Assembly (NCBI RefSeq): GCF_963921235.1
Contig: NC_086097.1
Coordinates: 155,374,001-155,438,000 of the forward strand
Direction of reading: 5' to 3'
DNA from: Mobula hypostoma
Taxonomy: Eukaryota
DNA length: 64,000 nucleotides
Shown: in pieces, positions 1 through 12,479 of the stretch
Position numbering within the stretch: position 1 is the stretch's first letter
How the letters are laid out: each line of letters begins with the position of its first letter
Notes under the pieces: model-generated
What the model saw: only the letters and a program-made list of their open reading frames with translations
Databases searched by the model: none
Told to the model about the DNA's origin: nothing
Position numbers and translations under genes: made by a program

Positions 1-210
1 ATGTGGAAAGGACGTTTCCAATGGTGGGGGAGTCTAGGACAAGAGTGCACAGCCTCAGGATAGAGGAGCATCCATTTAAAACAGAGATGCAGAGAAATTT
101 CTTTAGCCAGAGGATGGTGAATTTGTTACCAAAGGCAGCTGTGGAGACCAGGTTGTTTGGGTATTTAAGGCAGCGATTGATAGGTTCTTGATTGAACATG
201 GCATCAAAGT
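1..210 (+). mobile_element. CR1-clade LINE 3' fragment
   Basis: FPMVGESRTR...RNFFSQRMVNL. Confidence 0.8.
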
Positions 211-229
211 TGATCTGACATTAACTTTA

Positions 230-900
230 AATTCCTGGATGTCACTATCTCAGAGGACCTATCCCAGACCCGTCATATAAATGTAATTGCAAAGAAAGCA
301 CTTCCTCAGGAGTTTTCAGAGATTTGGCATGATATCAAAAACTTTGACAAACTACTATAGATGTCTACTGGAGGGTGTATTGACTGGCTGCATCATGGCC
401 TGGTATAGGAACACCAATGCATTTGAACAGAAAATCGGACAAAAGATAGTGGATTTGGCCCAGTATATCACAGGTAAAATCCTCCTAACCATTGAGCACA
501 TCTCCATGAGACACTGTCCTAGGAAAGCAGCATCCATTATCAAAGATTCCAGCCTCCCAGACCTTGCTGTCTTCTCACTGCTGCCATCAGATAGAAGGTA
601 CAAGAGCCTCAGGGCCCACAGCACCAGGCTCAAGAACAGTTACTATCCCTCAACCATCAGGCCCTTGAACCAAAGGGGATAGCTACACTCATCTATTGAG
701 ATGTTCCCACAACCAATGATCTCACTTTAAGGGCTCTTTATTGAGTTATTTCATGCTCTTGTTATTTATTGCTATTTATTTATATTTGCATTTGTACAGT
801 TTGTTGTCTTCTATGCACTACGTGATCTTTCATTGATCCTGTTATAGCTACTACTCTATACATTTTCTGAGTGTGGCGCAGGAAAAAGATTCTCAGTTGT
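230..900 (+). mobile_element. Rex1/Babar-like LINE 3' fragment. Related copies at about 2270-3080, 40600-40950, 43550-44030 and 61420-61950.
   Basis: HFLRS...YRC..E.VLTGCI.AWY...AASIIKD...FSLLPS.RRYKSL...RLKNSYYP, the C-terminal motif of this clade. Confidence 0.8.
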
Positions 901-3900
901 ACGTGGAGACGCAGGTCCTCTAATAATAAAATTTACTTTGTTCGATATAATTGAGGAGTGAAAAGGACCATAAATTGACTGTACTTCAGATTCACAGTTT
1001 AATTAACTCAAATACCATAACATAATATTGTGAACTTAAAACTCAGACCATATGAGTGATAGCGTGGGTGAATTTTGATCCTGCTTTATTTTTCTGACAA
1101 AGTAAGAAAGAGAGAATTTATTCCCAACAGGATCATTAATTTCTTTCATGAATGGGAATCTCTATCAGTGACTGATTCACACCCTGCATTCTCCACTTCC
1201 ATGTTATGTAATTGTTTCTTGGTATCCTCTGAAATAATCAAGATCTAATCCTAACTCTGAGCCTTAATGCTGCTTGGCCTGCTGAGTTCCTCCAGCATAA
1301 TGTGTGTGTTGCTTGGATTTCCAGCATCTGCTGATTTTTCTCTTGTGCTAAAGTAAATGCTGTCACTGCTCTTTATCAGGTCACCTAATAGTAGCCAATA
1401 AGTGAAAGTTTCCTACTGATTAATTTTTATATATAACTATTGTTTGGCATGGTTTATAATAAAATAATTGCTTTTCCCTTTCTTTTGTTCCTAAAATAAT
1501 TTGGGTGAGGTGTTGGAAGACAGTGAAGTTAAGATTTTTTTTAATATGTATGCCAAACAGGGTTGCTATCTTCAACGTCAGGTAATTGTGCATGTGGAGT
1601 ATATTTTACCAAAAGATTTGTCATTTTCATTTAGTAAATGGACCAATACCAAGTAGCTTTTTAACGCAGACTTACTCTTGGCAACTTCACGGTACTCCAG
1701 TGTGAGTGGGTACTCCTGGAGTAGAGTTCTTATTGAAGATTAAGCTGCTGAGGTATGATTGTGTGCCACCTGTAGCAACTCAAGTCAATACATCCCTGGA
1801 TCATGGCAGGTCAATATGCAGCTGGAAATAACTGGATGCTCTCCAGCCAGGTGAAGTACAGTTTGATCTCTTGAATGTACCTGAACCATTCATCCTGACT
1901 CTGGGGTTACACGTTTTTTTTTAACATTTTGTTTTGCACAGTAGTCGTGAGGTTCATCAAAGTTGAGAAGAGTCAATGATTCCCAATTTTTTTTTTCTTT
2001 GTTTCTGGCTATTGCTTTAATATAAAGAAAAAAAAATGCCTGATCTCTGTGAGAGTACTAATCTTTGTTTCCAGTAACTGCCACTGAGTTTTTATACTTG
2101 ATTTTTGCAAACAAGTCATGACTAGAAATTATTTTTCTTCTTTTCCTATTTCCTGATCAATCTCTCAGTATTACCTGTCCATCCTCACACTTGAATAATC
2201 TTACTGAGGCACACAGTTCCTTTTTGTTCTGTCTGTCCTTTTTCACTCTCTCTGCAACTTAAAATAACCAGGAAACTGGAGGTCCATGAGCCAGACCTCA
2301 TCAGGGGATGAGGTGGAGAGGGTCAGTAGCTTTCAATTCCTCAGTGTTATCATTTCAGAGGATCTGTCCTCAGCCCAGTATATTAAGTGCATTTACGAAG
2401 AAAACACAGCAGCTTAACTAACTTACAAAGATATGGTATGGCATCTTTAAGCTTTGACAAATTTCTATTAAGTTGTGATGGAGAGTACATTGACTTGGTG
2501 TGTCACAGCCCAGTATGGAAACACCAATGCCACTGAATGGAAAATCTTACAAAAGGTAGTAGATACTGCCCAGTCCATCACGGTTAAAGCCCTTCCCACT
2601 ACTGAGCACATCTCCGTGGAGAATTGTTGTAGGAAAGCAGGGTCCATCATCGGGGACCCCCACCATGCAGGTCATGCTCCCTTCTTGCTTCTGCCTTCAG
2701 GAAGAAGATACAAGAGCCTCAGTACTCCCACCACCAGGTTCAGGAACAGTTATTACCCCACAACCATCAGGGGTAATAACTTCACTCCTCTTCATACCCC
2801 ATCACTGAACTGCTCCCACAAGCCATGGACTTGCTTTCAAGGAGTCTTCATCTTTTGTTCTTGATACTTATTGCATTATTTATTATTATTATTTATTTTT
2901 TCTCTTCTGTATTTGCACTGTTTGTTGTCTTTTGTACACTGGTTGTCCATCCAGTTAGGCATTGTCTTCATTGATTCTATTACGGTTTTGGAATTTACTG
3001 AGTATATACCAAGAAAATGAATCTTGGGGTTCTATATGGTGACATGTATTTACTTTGATAAGTTTACTATGAACTTTGAATTTGAACTTTTCCCTCTTTG
3101 CCAGTTCTGATTAAGAACCTTTTGAGCTGAAGTATTAACTCTGTCTCTCCATCTATGGAAGTTGCCTGTCTTGTTGAATATTTTCAGTATTTTGTTTTTA
3201 TTTTAGATTGCATTTTAAAAAAAATAGTCATTACACAAATTTATCCCAAGACATTTCATTAAGTGCACCACTTGGTTATGCTTATTTATCAGCTTTAATC
3301 TATTGCTTGTTGTATTGAAGCACACATGTGACTCCAGAACTTGTCTGATCTCATTTTCGAGTAGGGCACGTGTTAACTTTTGCTACCACCCCATCCACTC
3401 CTTATCCACCCCGAAACACAGGCTACTGCTAAAATTTCCCATGGCAGGTGTTATGTTCCAGATTATAACCAATCTTTGGATGAAAATGTTCTCCATTAGA
3501 TCCAAAGCTCTTACCCCTTACTTTTAATCTCGGCCCCTTGGTTTAGACATTTCCCTCAAAGCCTGTCCCATTTACTTTTGAAGTAATTGATCATTATTGT
3601 TTCCATCCTCTCCATGAGCACATCAGTTTTATTTGCTGCACGAAAGGAAATTTTTCTTCACATTCTCCGGTCTCTTGTTCAAAATGTTAAACCTTAAGTC
3701 TGTATCTCCGAGTCCTTCTATCTTCAGCTAATGAGCAGAGTATTTATTTATCTCCCTCAGTTAAAACTATGATGATATCTGTTTCAGCTTTCATGGCTTC
3801 CTTGAAAGCAATCCCAGCTGCTCCATTCCAACTTACAAGCAATACTCTCTCTTATTTACAAAATATTAAGTAAATCTCCTCTGCACCCTCTCTAGGATCT

Positions 3901-4349
3901 TCAGATTCTCTTTCTTTATCAGATTCAGTTTAATTTTATTTATGATATGTACATTAAATCATAAGTGAAATGTGTTGTTTTGTGTTAATAGCCTCCACAC
4001 CAAGTGATGTGCTGGGGGTAGCCTGCAAGTGTCACCACACATTCTGTTGCTAACGTACCATGCCTACAGGACAACAAAGCAGAACACCACAAGCAACAAA
4101 ACCGCAAAACAAGCCACATTCCTCCCACCCTCTTACTTACTCACTCACACAAAATCCCTCCAACCCCAGAACAAAGAGTCATTGAACTCAAGTCTCCAGC
4201 CTCCAGTGGACAAGGATTCCGCCATTGGGCTTCAACTTCCTCAGCAGAGGTGTAGTGGACTTGGGGCTCCAGCCATCAGATCTCGATTGCTGGACATTAG
4301 GGTTTCAGTTTTCAGTATCAATCCAAGACTTGCTGATGGAAATGAATGA

Positions 4350-4540
4350 AGACCCCAAATAACGGGCTTTGAATGCAGACCCTTTGTGACCAGGACCTTG
4401 TACACTAGGCCTCATATACCAGACCCTCTGATGACTGGGACACTAAACACTAGGACTTGAATGCCAGACGCTCCAATGATTGGGACCCTGAATAGTAGGC
4501 CTCAAATGCCACACTTGCCTATGGCAGGACCCTGAACACA
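4350..4540. repeat. Degenerate tandem repeat of about 45 bp, about 4 units
   Basis: Recurring Rggacc(c)tgaacactaggcctc...ccagac motif. Confidence 0.6.
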
Positions 4541-4806
4541 ATCTGGTCTCTCCAATTCGCATACCTAGGGGGTTGCCGTCATTCATACTTCCTACCCACC
4601 AGGAATTTCAATATCAGCACCTGCTGTGACTCACTGACCTGGGGAACATGGCTTCCATTCCTTGCTCTCACTGTTCTGCCCCCCTGTTATCCCACTACAG
4701 CTGCCCTTTGTCCCACATCCACGTCACTGGTCTTTGAATGTGGAGCAGAGAGCTGACCTCCGATCCTTATACACTTGTCTCCAACCTGACTTGATTTCTA
4801 ACTCCC

Positions 4807-5053
4807 TGTTGTCTTCAAAACCTTCTGAAGCACCTTCAATAATTCCAAAAGACTGAAGTAGGGAAAATACTGAAAGGCTTTTATTCGCAGTAAATTACGA
4901 ATTCCGTGCTGAGTGCCTGCCCCCGGGCTGAGTGGGAGGAGCAAGGCAAAATCACCTTTATTCAGGGGTCTGTGGGAGGAGCCACGGGGGCAGTCAGCAG
5001 AGGGGCGAGTCCAGACAGTTAACCCAGTTACAACATATATATGGTTTACCACA
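4807..5053 (-). mobile_element. Probable short solo LTR
   Basis: TG...CA termini (minus strand TGTGGT...ACAACA) and internal AATAAA motifs; no clean target-site duplication. Confidence 0.5.
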
Positions 5054-5259
5054 CCTTCCCTACAAATTAAAGATAACTTCTCATTCTTCCTAAAGTGTAG
5101 TGACAGCAAAAAGATGTAGTGACCTCATTGTGGCCTCAGGACAACTTTATGAAGGTTTATCGTAACTTTCTGCTTTTTGCTCATTACTTCTCCTAGTGAA
5201 GCCCAGATTACTGCTCTGCCAACTTCTCTCACAACAGAAACACAAAAATCTATAGGTGC

Positions 5260-6325
5260 TATAAAATCCAAAGCAACACACACAAAGTGCTGGAGGAACT
5301 CAACAGGTCGAGCAGCATCTATAAAAATGAGAATCAGTCGACGTTTCGGAACAAGACCCTTCTTCAGGACTGGAAAAGGAAGGGGGAAGGTGCCAGAATA
5401 AAAAGGTTGGGGAGTGGGGAAGTGGAATGAGGATAACTAGAATGTAATAGGTGAAGCCAGGTGAGTAGGAAAGGCAAAGGGCTGGGGAGGGAAGAATCTG
5501 ATGGGAGAGGAGACTGGACCATTGGAAAAAGGGAAGGAGGGGACCTAGGGGTCCCCTAGGGGAGGTGATGGACAGGTGAGAAGAGGAAGAGGCCAGAGTG
5601 GGGAATTGAAGAAGAGGGAAGTTGGAGGGATTTTTTTTTAACAAAAAAGTGAAATTGATATTCATGTCAGCAGGTTGAAGGTACCCAGATGGAATATACG
5701 GTGCTGGTCTTGCACTCTGAGATTGGCCTCATCGTGGCAAGAGAGGAGGCCATGAATTGACATGTCGGAACAGGAGTGAGAATGGAAATTACAATGCTTA
5801 ACCATCGGTAAGTTAAGCTTCTGACCGATGAAACAGAGGTGCTCGACAAAGCAGTCCCCCAGTTTATAGTGGATCTCACCAATGTAGAGGAGGCCACATC
5901 AGGAGTCAGGAGCACCAGACATAATAGACGACCCCAGAAGGTTCGTAGGTGACGTATTGCTTCGCCTGGAAAGAGTGTTTCAGGTGTTGAATGAAGGTGT
6001 GGGAGGAGTTGAATGGACAGGGTTCAGAACTTTGGCTGCTTGTAGGGATAAGTGCTGGAAAGGCAATTAGTGGGAAAGGACGAATGGACAAGTAAGTCAG
6101 GATGGGAGCAATCCCTGTGGAAAGTGGAGCTGTGGGGAGGTGAAGATGTGTTTGGTAGGATCCCTTTGAAGCTGGTGGAAACTGTGGCAAATGATGTGTT
6201 CGATGCAGAGACTCATGGGTGGTAGGTTAGGACAAGAGGAACTCTATCATTGTTGAGGCTTCAGGAAGATTGGTAGAGTCTGGATGTTTGGGAAATCGAG
6301 GAGATGTGGGTGAGGGCAGCATCAG
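5260..6325 (-). mobile_element. Penelope-like element fragment. Shorter relatives at about 25920-26385 (-), 26790-27040 (-), 44210-44870 (+) and 50720-51170 (-).
   Basis: Decayed GIY-YIG (GVVYYVWCS) and the same purine-rich spacer and tail as 34398-35670. Confidence 0.82.
5335..5372 (-). ncRNA. Minimal type-I hammerhead ribozyme motif in a Penelope tail
   Basis: CAGUC-CUGAAGA-A-GGG(ucuugu)UCC-GAA-ACGU-C-GACUG: intact core, stem I CAGUC/GACUG, palindromic stem III. Confidence 0.7.
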
Positions 6326-7922
6326 TGATCTTTCTCTCAATATATCTCCTCATTTTCAGAAAAATATGTAAATGAACTTCAGATCTTTAGAACATTGTTA
6401 TTAAATTGATACTGCATCTTCTAATCCTTCTTCTCACACCTTCTTCCAGTGAACTCCCATTTTCTAATAGTTTGTTGTTAGCCTACTCATGTCCTGCTGC
6501 TGTTATTTAGTGATAAACTGTCTGCACACTTTCAAGTTTATATCATCAACTAAGTTTAAATTCTTACTCCGTCGTTCAATATTGCCTTTTTACATTAACT
6601 TTAATAATGAAACCCAAATTACAGCTTTATCGACTTTTCCTTCAATATATTAAATAGATCTTGCCACCTTTAGAATATACAGTATACTCATTTCAGACCT
6701 TTATAATGCTATCACTAAATTAATATTGCCACTTATACAAATCAAATTCTTGGGGAACTTCATTACCTGCAGTTCTTTGATTATCCCAGCTCATTGTCCT
6801 TAAACTGAATTTGTACCTAAGCTGACACTGATTCCATTTGCAAGAGTCTCAAATTTGTTGCCTTTAAAAAAAAATTAGAACTTTGTCAAATGTGAAGTGA
6901 AGAAGAAACCATTTGCAGCCTGTGAGTCAAAGATATGAAATGAAGGAGAGAGAAGAGAGAACTAGGATTAAGAATGACTGCATACATTCTCATAATGGAC
7001 CTCATAATGCCTCAGAGCTGCCCTTTCTCATAATAGCCAATGGAGTTCCTAAGTGGAGGTTAAAATGTACATTTGTTTTATCTTCCTCCAGTTCTTTCCA
7101 GCTTATATTTTTTTACCTCTTGAAAGAAAAATGGGACTGTCAGTGAATTTGTGTGGTTGAGGGGGCCATCCTCGTTCAATGTGTGAAACTTAAGATTCTG
7201 CCCATTGAAGGGCTGAGTCTTAATGATAGTGTGTAGATAAGTGTCTGTTGAGGTCTAGTGAATTGTACAGTAAATGCAGTTCTACAAGGCATTGAATACA
7301 AATTTTTGAAGACTACCATTTCTGTGATTTTTTTTTTCTTGCATGGCATCAATGTTCCTGGAATGATACTTCTACCTTTGACGTCTGTCATTATCTCTTA
7401 TTACATAAGAACATAAGAAATAGGAGCAGGAGTAGGCCATCCGGCCCATCGAGCCTGCCCCGCCATTCAATTAGGTCATGACTGGTCTGTCCGTAAACTC
7501 CACTCCATCTACCGGCCGTTTTCGCATAACCCTTAATTCCCTTACTATGTAAAAACATATCTAACTGTTTCTTAAATATATTTAGTAAGGAAGCCTCTTG
7601 AGCATATCTATCCCTGTGTGGCTACAGAATATCTAAAAACCTCTTCTGCCTATGTTTCTAATGGATTCCGTAACATTAACTTTCTCCTTCCACAGATGTT
7701 GTCTGACCTGCTGTGTGCTTGTAGTATTTTTCTACTTGTATTTCAGATTTCCTGCACCTGCAGTGTTTTTATTTTCTTCCCCCATAGGTCACTGGAAAAA
7801 CTTGGTTGTCTCTCTGTGACACATTTCTCAAAGTATTGCAAATTAGTTTCACTTTATTTAATGTGAAGCACCACTGACTGTAGCCACCTAGCATTTTCCC
7901 TTTATGGTGCGTAGTTAGTATT

Positions 7923-8585
7923 TAAATAGTGTTGCCTACATTCACTACTGATCCCTCTACAGAGACATGGAGGCAATGAACTGCATAGGTACCACTGGGT
8001 ATTCATAGAAGCCAATTGAAACAGCAGACAGAAATAATGTTATTGCTTCGATGCAATGAGTTGGACTGATTTAATTGCATATTACTATTGCAATGCCCTT
8101 TATCAAAGGCTGTCAAATTTAACAATTCTGTTATTCCTATAGTAACAGTTGTATAAGTTCACAAGAATGTAAGAAATAGAAGCAGAAGTCTGTTCTTCAC
8201 TTTCCTGCTATTCAGTTAGATCATGACAGATCTTTTACTACAGTGCGTTTTCCTGCACTTTTCCCATTTTCTGTAATTGCCTTTCCATCTAAAAATGTAT
8301 CTGCCTTTGGAAAATTTACTCAGTGTATGAGCTTCCATAGACACCATGGGGTGAGACACCAAATACATGAACAGAAATGTGGACTCACCAAGGCCTCACA
8401 TAATTGCAATAAAATAATTTTATTCTTGTTCTGATAACATTGTCTTGGAATAAAAATCAACATACTGTTTGCCTCTAAATAGTGTTGCCTACATTCACTA
8501 CTGATCTCTCTACAGAGACATGGAGGCAATGAACTGCATAGGTACCACTGGGTATTCACAGAAGCCAATCAAAACAGCAGACAGA
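7923..8585. repeat. Direct repeat of about 110 bp (7923-8032 and 8476-8585)
   Basis: taaatagtgttgcctacattcac...aacagcagacaga occurs twice with few mismatches. Confidence 0.9.
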
Positions 8586-10784
8586 GCTTGTACTAAGTTT
8601 CACTGATCTATGTACAAGCACTAAATGAAACTGAACCTTCAATTTCCCACCACTATGAAGTTACTTAACTATTCTATTTTTTCAACCAATGTCAATAACC
8701 TGATTTTTTTGCCATCATCTCACATCTGTCACATCCTCCCCTGTTCACGTAGCCTGCTTTTCTCCTGCTAAAGCCTTGTTGTATCTTCCATGCTACCACC
8801 CAGTTTGAGGTCACAAGCAAACTTGGATATATTACACTTAGTTCTGTTACCCATTGATATAAATTACTAACAATATATAATGCTCTAGTAAAGGGTTCAC
8901 TGTTAACGTTGTAGGGTATTTCATGTCATGGTCTTTCTGTAGAAACAGTATTTGGGTTATGGTTAGAGATCATGGTTGCTTCAGAATGTGAGCCATCCAG
9001 TCAAGAGCGCGGGTTTTTTTTGTGTGTGTGGCTGACACTGGTGTGAGCTTTGCTCTTTGTTTGGCAGGAGATAAAGAAGATGCTGGAGAGAACCAGTTGT
9101 AGATTTGGACCCGATGGGGACTGTGATTCAGTGCAGTAAGGTGAGGAGTCTACTGAGGATTGGTGAATATGACTTTTGGAAGAGTTGACCTCCAGCCTGT
9201 GCACACTTGACTGTTTAATTGTAATGACCCCTTTTGCTTTTTTCTTTCTTTACTTTACCAACCACTTAGTTAAGTTAATATTCCTAAATATACTTCCTTT
9301 AATTGTATGCGGTGTTCTGTCTGTTATTTCCTGGCAACGAGTTGTAACACGGTTGCCAGTCGCACAGCACTCCCACTAACTGGGATTTGGATGGGAAAGA
9401 TGTCCCAATCCCACGGATTTTGGGGGACCGGAGTGTGTATTCCCTAGAATAGCGCGGCCCGAGAACGGTGGGTCTTTTGGCGCAGAGTCGGAAGGCTGCC
9501 AGCGAGGGCTAATGAGCAGTTTCCAGAGAAACCCGAGAAAGCAGTGTTTCAAGTACTGGCAAACTCTTGGCTATAGCCTTCCAAGTAGAAAATTGCCTAT
9601 TTGTTCCGACTGTCTATTTTGTGATATTGAGCCAACCCTTAGCCCACGCCAGTATATTTGTCCAAATTGTGTGATCCATGTTTGGTTAATAACCTTTCGT
9701 GCATTTAATGAAGGTCATCTGAATGACTGAGGCTAATGTATTGATTCTCCAGGATCTATTTTGCTCGTTGTAACCTTTGTAAACTTTGTCAATTATGTTT
9801 AGTCTTCTATAGATGCATATTGCATTTGCCAATGCTTTTATTACTGTTCACCTGACAACTCCTCACACAATTCATGCTCAACCAAGAGAGATGAAAAATG
9901 AGAGTCCTATTCTAAGATGCTGTGGATAATCCACTGTCAATGATGAACTTTTCAAACGGGCCATAAGCTGAAAAGTAAATCCTTGAGAGTTTATTTACAG
10001 AAACTCGTGGTTTAGGACCTCTGCCATGTTACAATGTCTTTGAAGTAACAGTCATTGTAGAACTAACAAAATTGCTCAGAAATGGCCAAAACTGATTTAA
10101 GCAGTCATTTGAAAGTATAAATAACATTGGAAATAATACCAACTTTTAGATTACAGATCAACTGTTCCATCGCAGCATCTTTGTCATGCTAACGATTGAA
10201 TATGAAATCTTTCTTTTTTGACTAAACTGAATGGAAATGTTACAATGAAAGGGGAACATTGCCTGTGTCAAATTGTCATAAGAATTGGTTTGGATTACAG
10301 ATAAAGGAAGCTCAGAGAGAGGGAGCAAACCAAAAGAGTTGTAGGGAGAAAAAAATTCTGAATAGACACCATGGAGAGCTCTGTCTTAAAGTAATGATAA
10401 AATATATCGGAACAAGTAATATAGAGCTCGAGGGTAGCTCGCAAGCAAAACACAGACAGGATTGACAACTTATTGATAACGTGTGTGTGTAAGTGTGTAA
10501 AATGCTTGGAGTTGCAATTAAAGATAGAAGTACTAGGTAGAGAATAAGAGGTCTAATGGGAATACAATAACGAGAATACTTATACCTTTTGTAATTTCAT
10601 GTTGTTTGTCATCATATTTCTAGATTGTAAATTTATATTATGTTTAATTGTGGGTTTTTTTGGGTTTTAATAAACTTAAAGGGGTTTTGGGTTGTGATTT
10701 TTAAATGCACTTTTACCACATTAATAGAAAGAATTCCAGCATTTCGTACATGCTGTTTGTTTGTTCTATAGTTTCCCATTTTCT

Positions 10785-11050
10785 GTGGCCTCCGCCGGTC
10801 GTGGTGGACCATGGGTCCTGTGCCTGTGTTAGTCACTGGTTTGTCGAGCAGCGTCGACTGTGGCTATTGAGGTCGATCCTGGAACGCAGGCTCTACCACA
10901 AATGCTGCATGTGTCGGGTGTTGTGGAACTGGTGTCTGCTGTGCTCTCTGTTTAGCCCTCCGCTCCTCGAACTGACTCAGGATCACTCTTTCGCCTTGCT
11001 CTCGGTGTTGCTGAAGAGTACCTCGCCATTTGTTGCGGTCTACTGTCTAA
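10785..11050 (-). mobile_element. RTE-clade LINE 3' end
   Basis: DRNKWR helix, then a frameshifted CSICGRAC..RIDLNSHSRRC zinc finger and a short 3' UTR. Confidence 0.7.
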
Positions 11051-12479
11051 GTAATAATCAGGTGAGATCCAGTGCAATCCTTTGATCATGTATATATTAC
11101 AGAGTGCAAATGTGCTGTTTAAGAAGAATTTCAAATTAACCTTGCACGTCATTTCGAGCTCTTCACTTCTCGAGTATTACTCTGCATGTTACCACATAAG
11201 GAATTCATGAGAATAAAGATATCACACTGGTGATGAGGAAGCATTGGAACAGAATGGTGTCCAAAGCAGCAAAATGAGTAAAGGTTTTGAATTGCCTTGC
11301 ACCTCTGTGACAGGCTGAATCACAACACCTCAGTGCAGATTGGAAGAGATAGGTCTTGAGTCAGACTTAAATACAGTTGAATTGTTACTAAACTCAACTC
11401 TGTTAGAACAGGAACAGAGAAAGATGGCAGCACAGATAATCTGACTATATCGCTCTGATGGTATTGGGTTTGCTGTTCATGAAGTTCTAAACTCAAATGA
11501 AGATCTTCAGCCCTGTCTGACATAGATAATACCACTTGGCACATCAAATAGCTGATCTATTAATATTTGGAAGATGTATGTACTGAGAGGGTCAATACCC
11601 TTACTAAAGGGAGGTTATACTGTATCCAAAGGCTAGATTACTTCTCTCTTCATCCTCCATAGCACATTTAGTTGCCAATACCCACTAGTTGAGCGGTGAG
11701 TCCCTCCTCCCTACCAAGGGGAAGATACTTCCAGCTAACATAGCAGATTAAATACAGTTTATTTATTTTTAGTGATACATGCTTAAATCCAGTCAAAATT
11801 CTTAAAGCACATTTAAAACTCGGAGTTTTCCAAATTACAATTTCTAAAACAAAGGATTCCAAAACACAGATACAATTCCAATAAGCTAAAAAAATATAAG
11901 CTGTCTTTTAACTTCAGACTGATTATTGCTTGCTATTTACATTATGAACTGAAGACTGGCTACCGTTTATGACAAGAACCTCAACAAAGCATATTGGTTG
12001 AAATTTTAACTTATTCATTTACTCAAAAACAAATCTTTGATCGCTGCAAGTGTCAGCTGCTTTGCTCGAAAGCTGAGCTTGACAAAAAGGACCCCTGGTT
12101 CTGCACAGTGAATATCCATCATACGGTTGACAAGAAAAGTGGAACCTTTCTTCAACAGGAAGAAGGTTGTGTACTTAAGTTTTAGGAAGCAATGATCACA
12201 GAGGGTTCTTAAGAGTTACAAGGTTGCCAGGGAGGAGCTTAAGAGGAGACTTGGGAGGCGTATGAAGGAGTTGGTGAGTAGGATTAAGGGAAACCCCAAG
12301 GTGTTCTACACAAAGATGGCTAGTGTGAGGGTAGGACTGATCAAGCATAAAAGAAGAAACCTGTGTGGAGTCAGGGAAAGTAGGGAGGTCCTAAATAAAT
12401 ACATGTACCTTGTTTCAGTATTCACCAGTGAATGGGAACTTGACAAATGTCAGGTCAGCATAAATCTATCTTCTGCAGT

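Noticed and set aside
8909..9349. Possible LTR (TG...CA)
   Set aside because: I could not establish a target-site duplication, a partner LTR or a primer-binding site.
9852..9967. Exon-like AG...GT segment on the minus strand
   Set aside because: Stops in all three frames and no recognisable homology.
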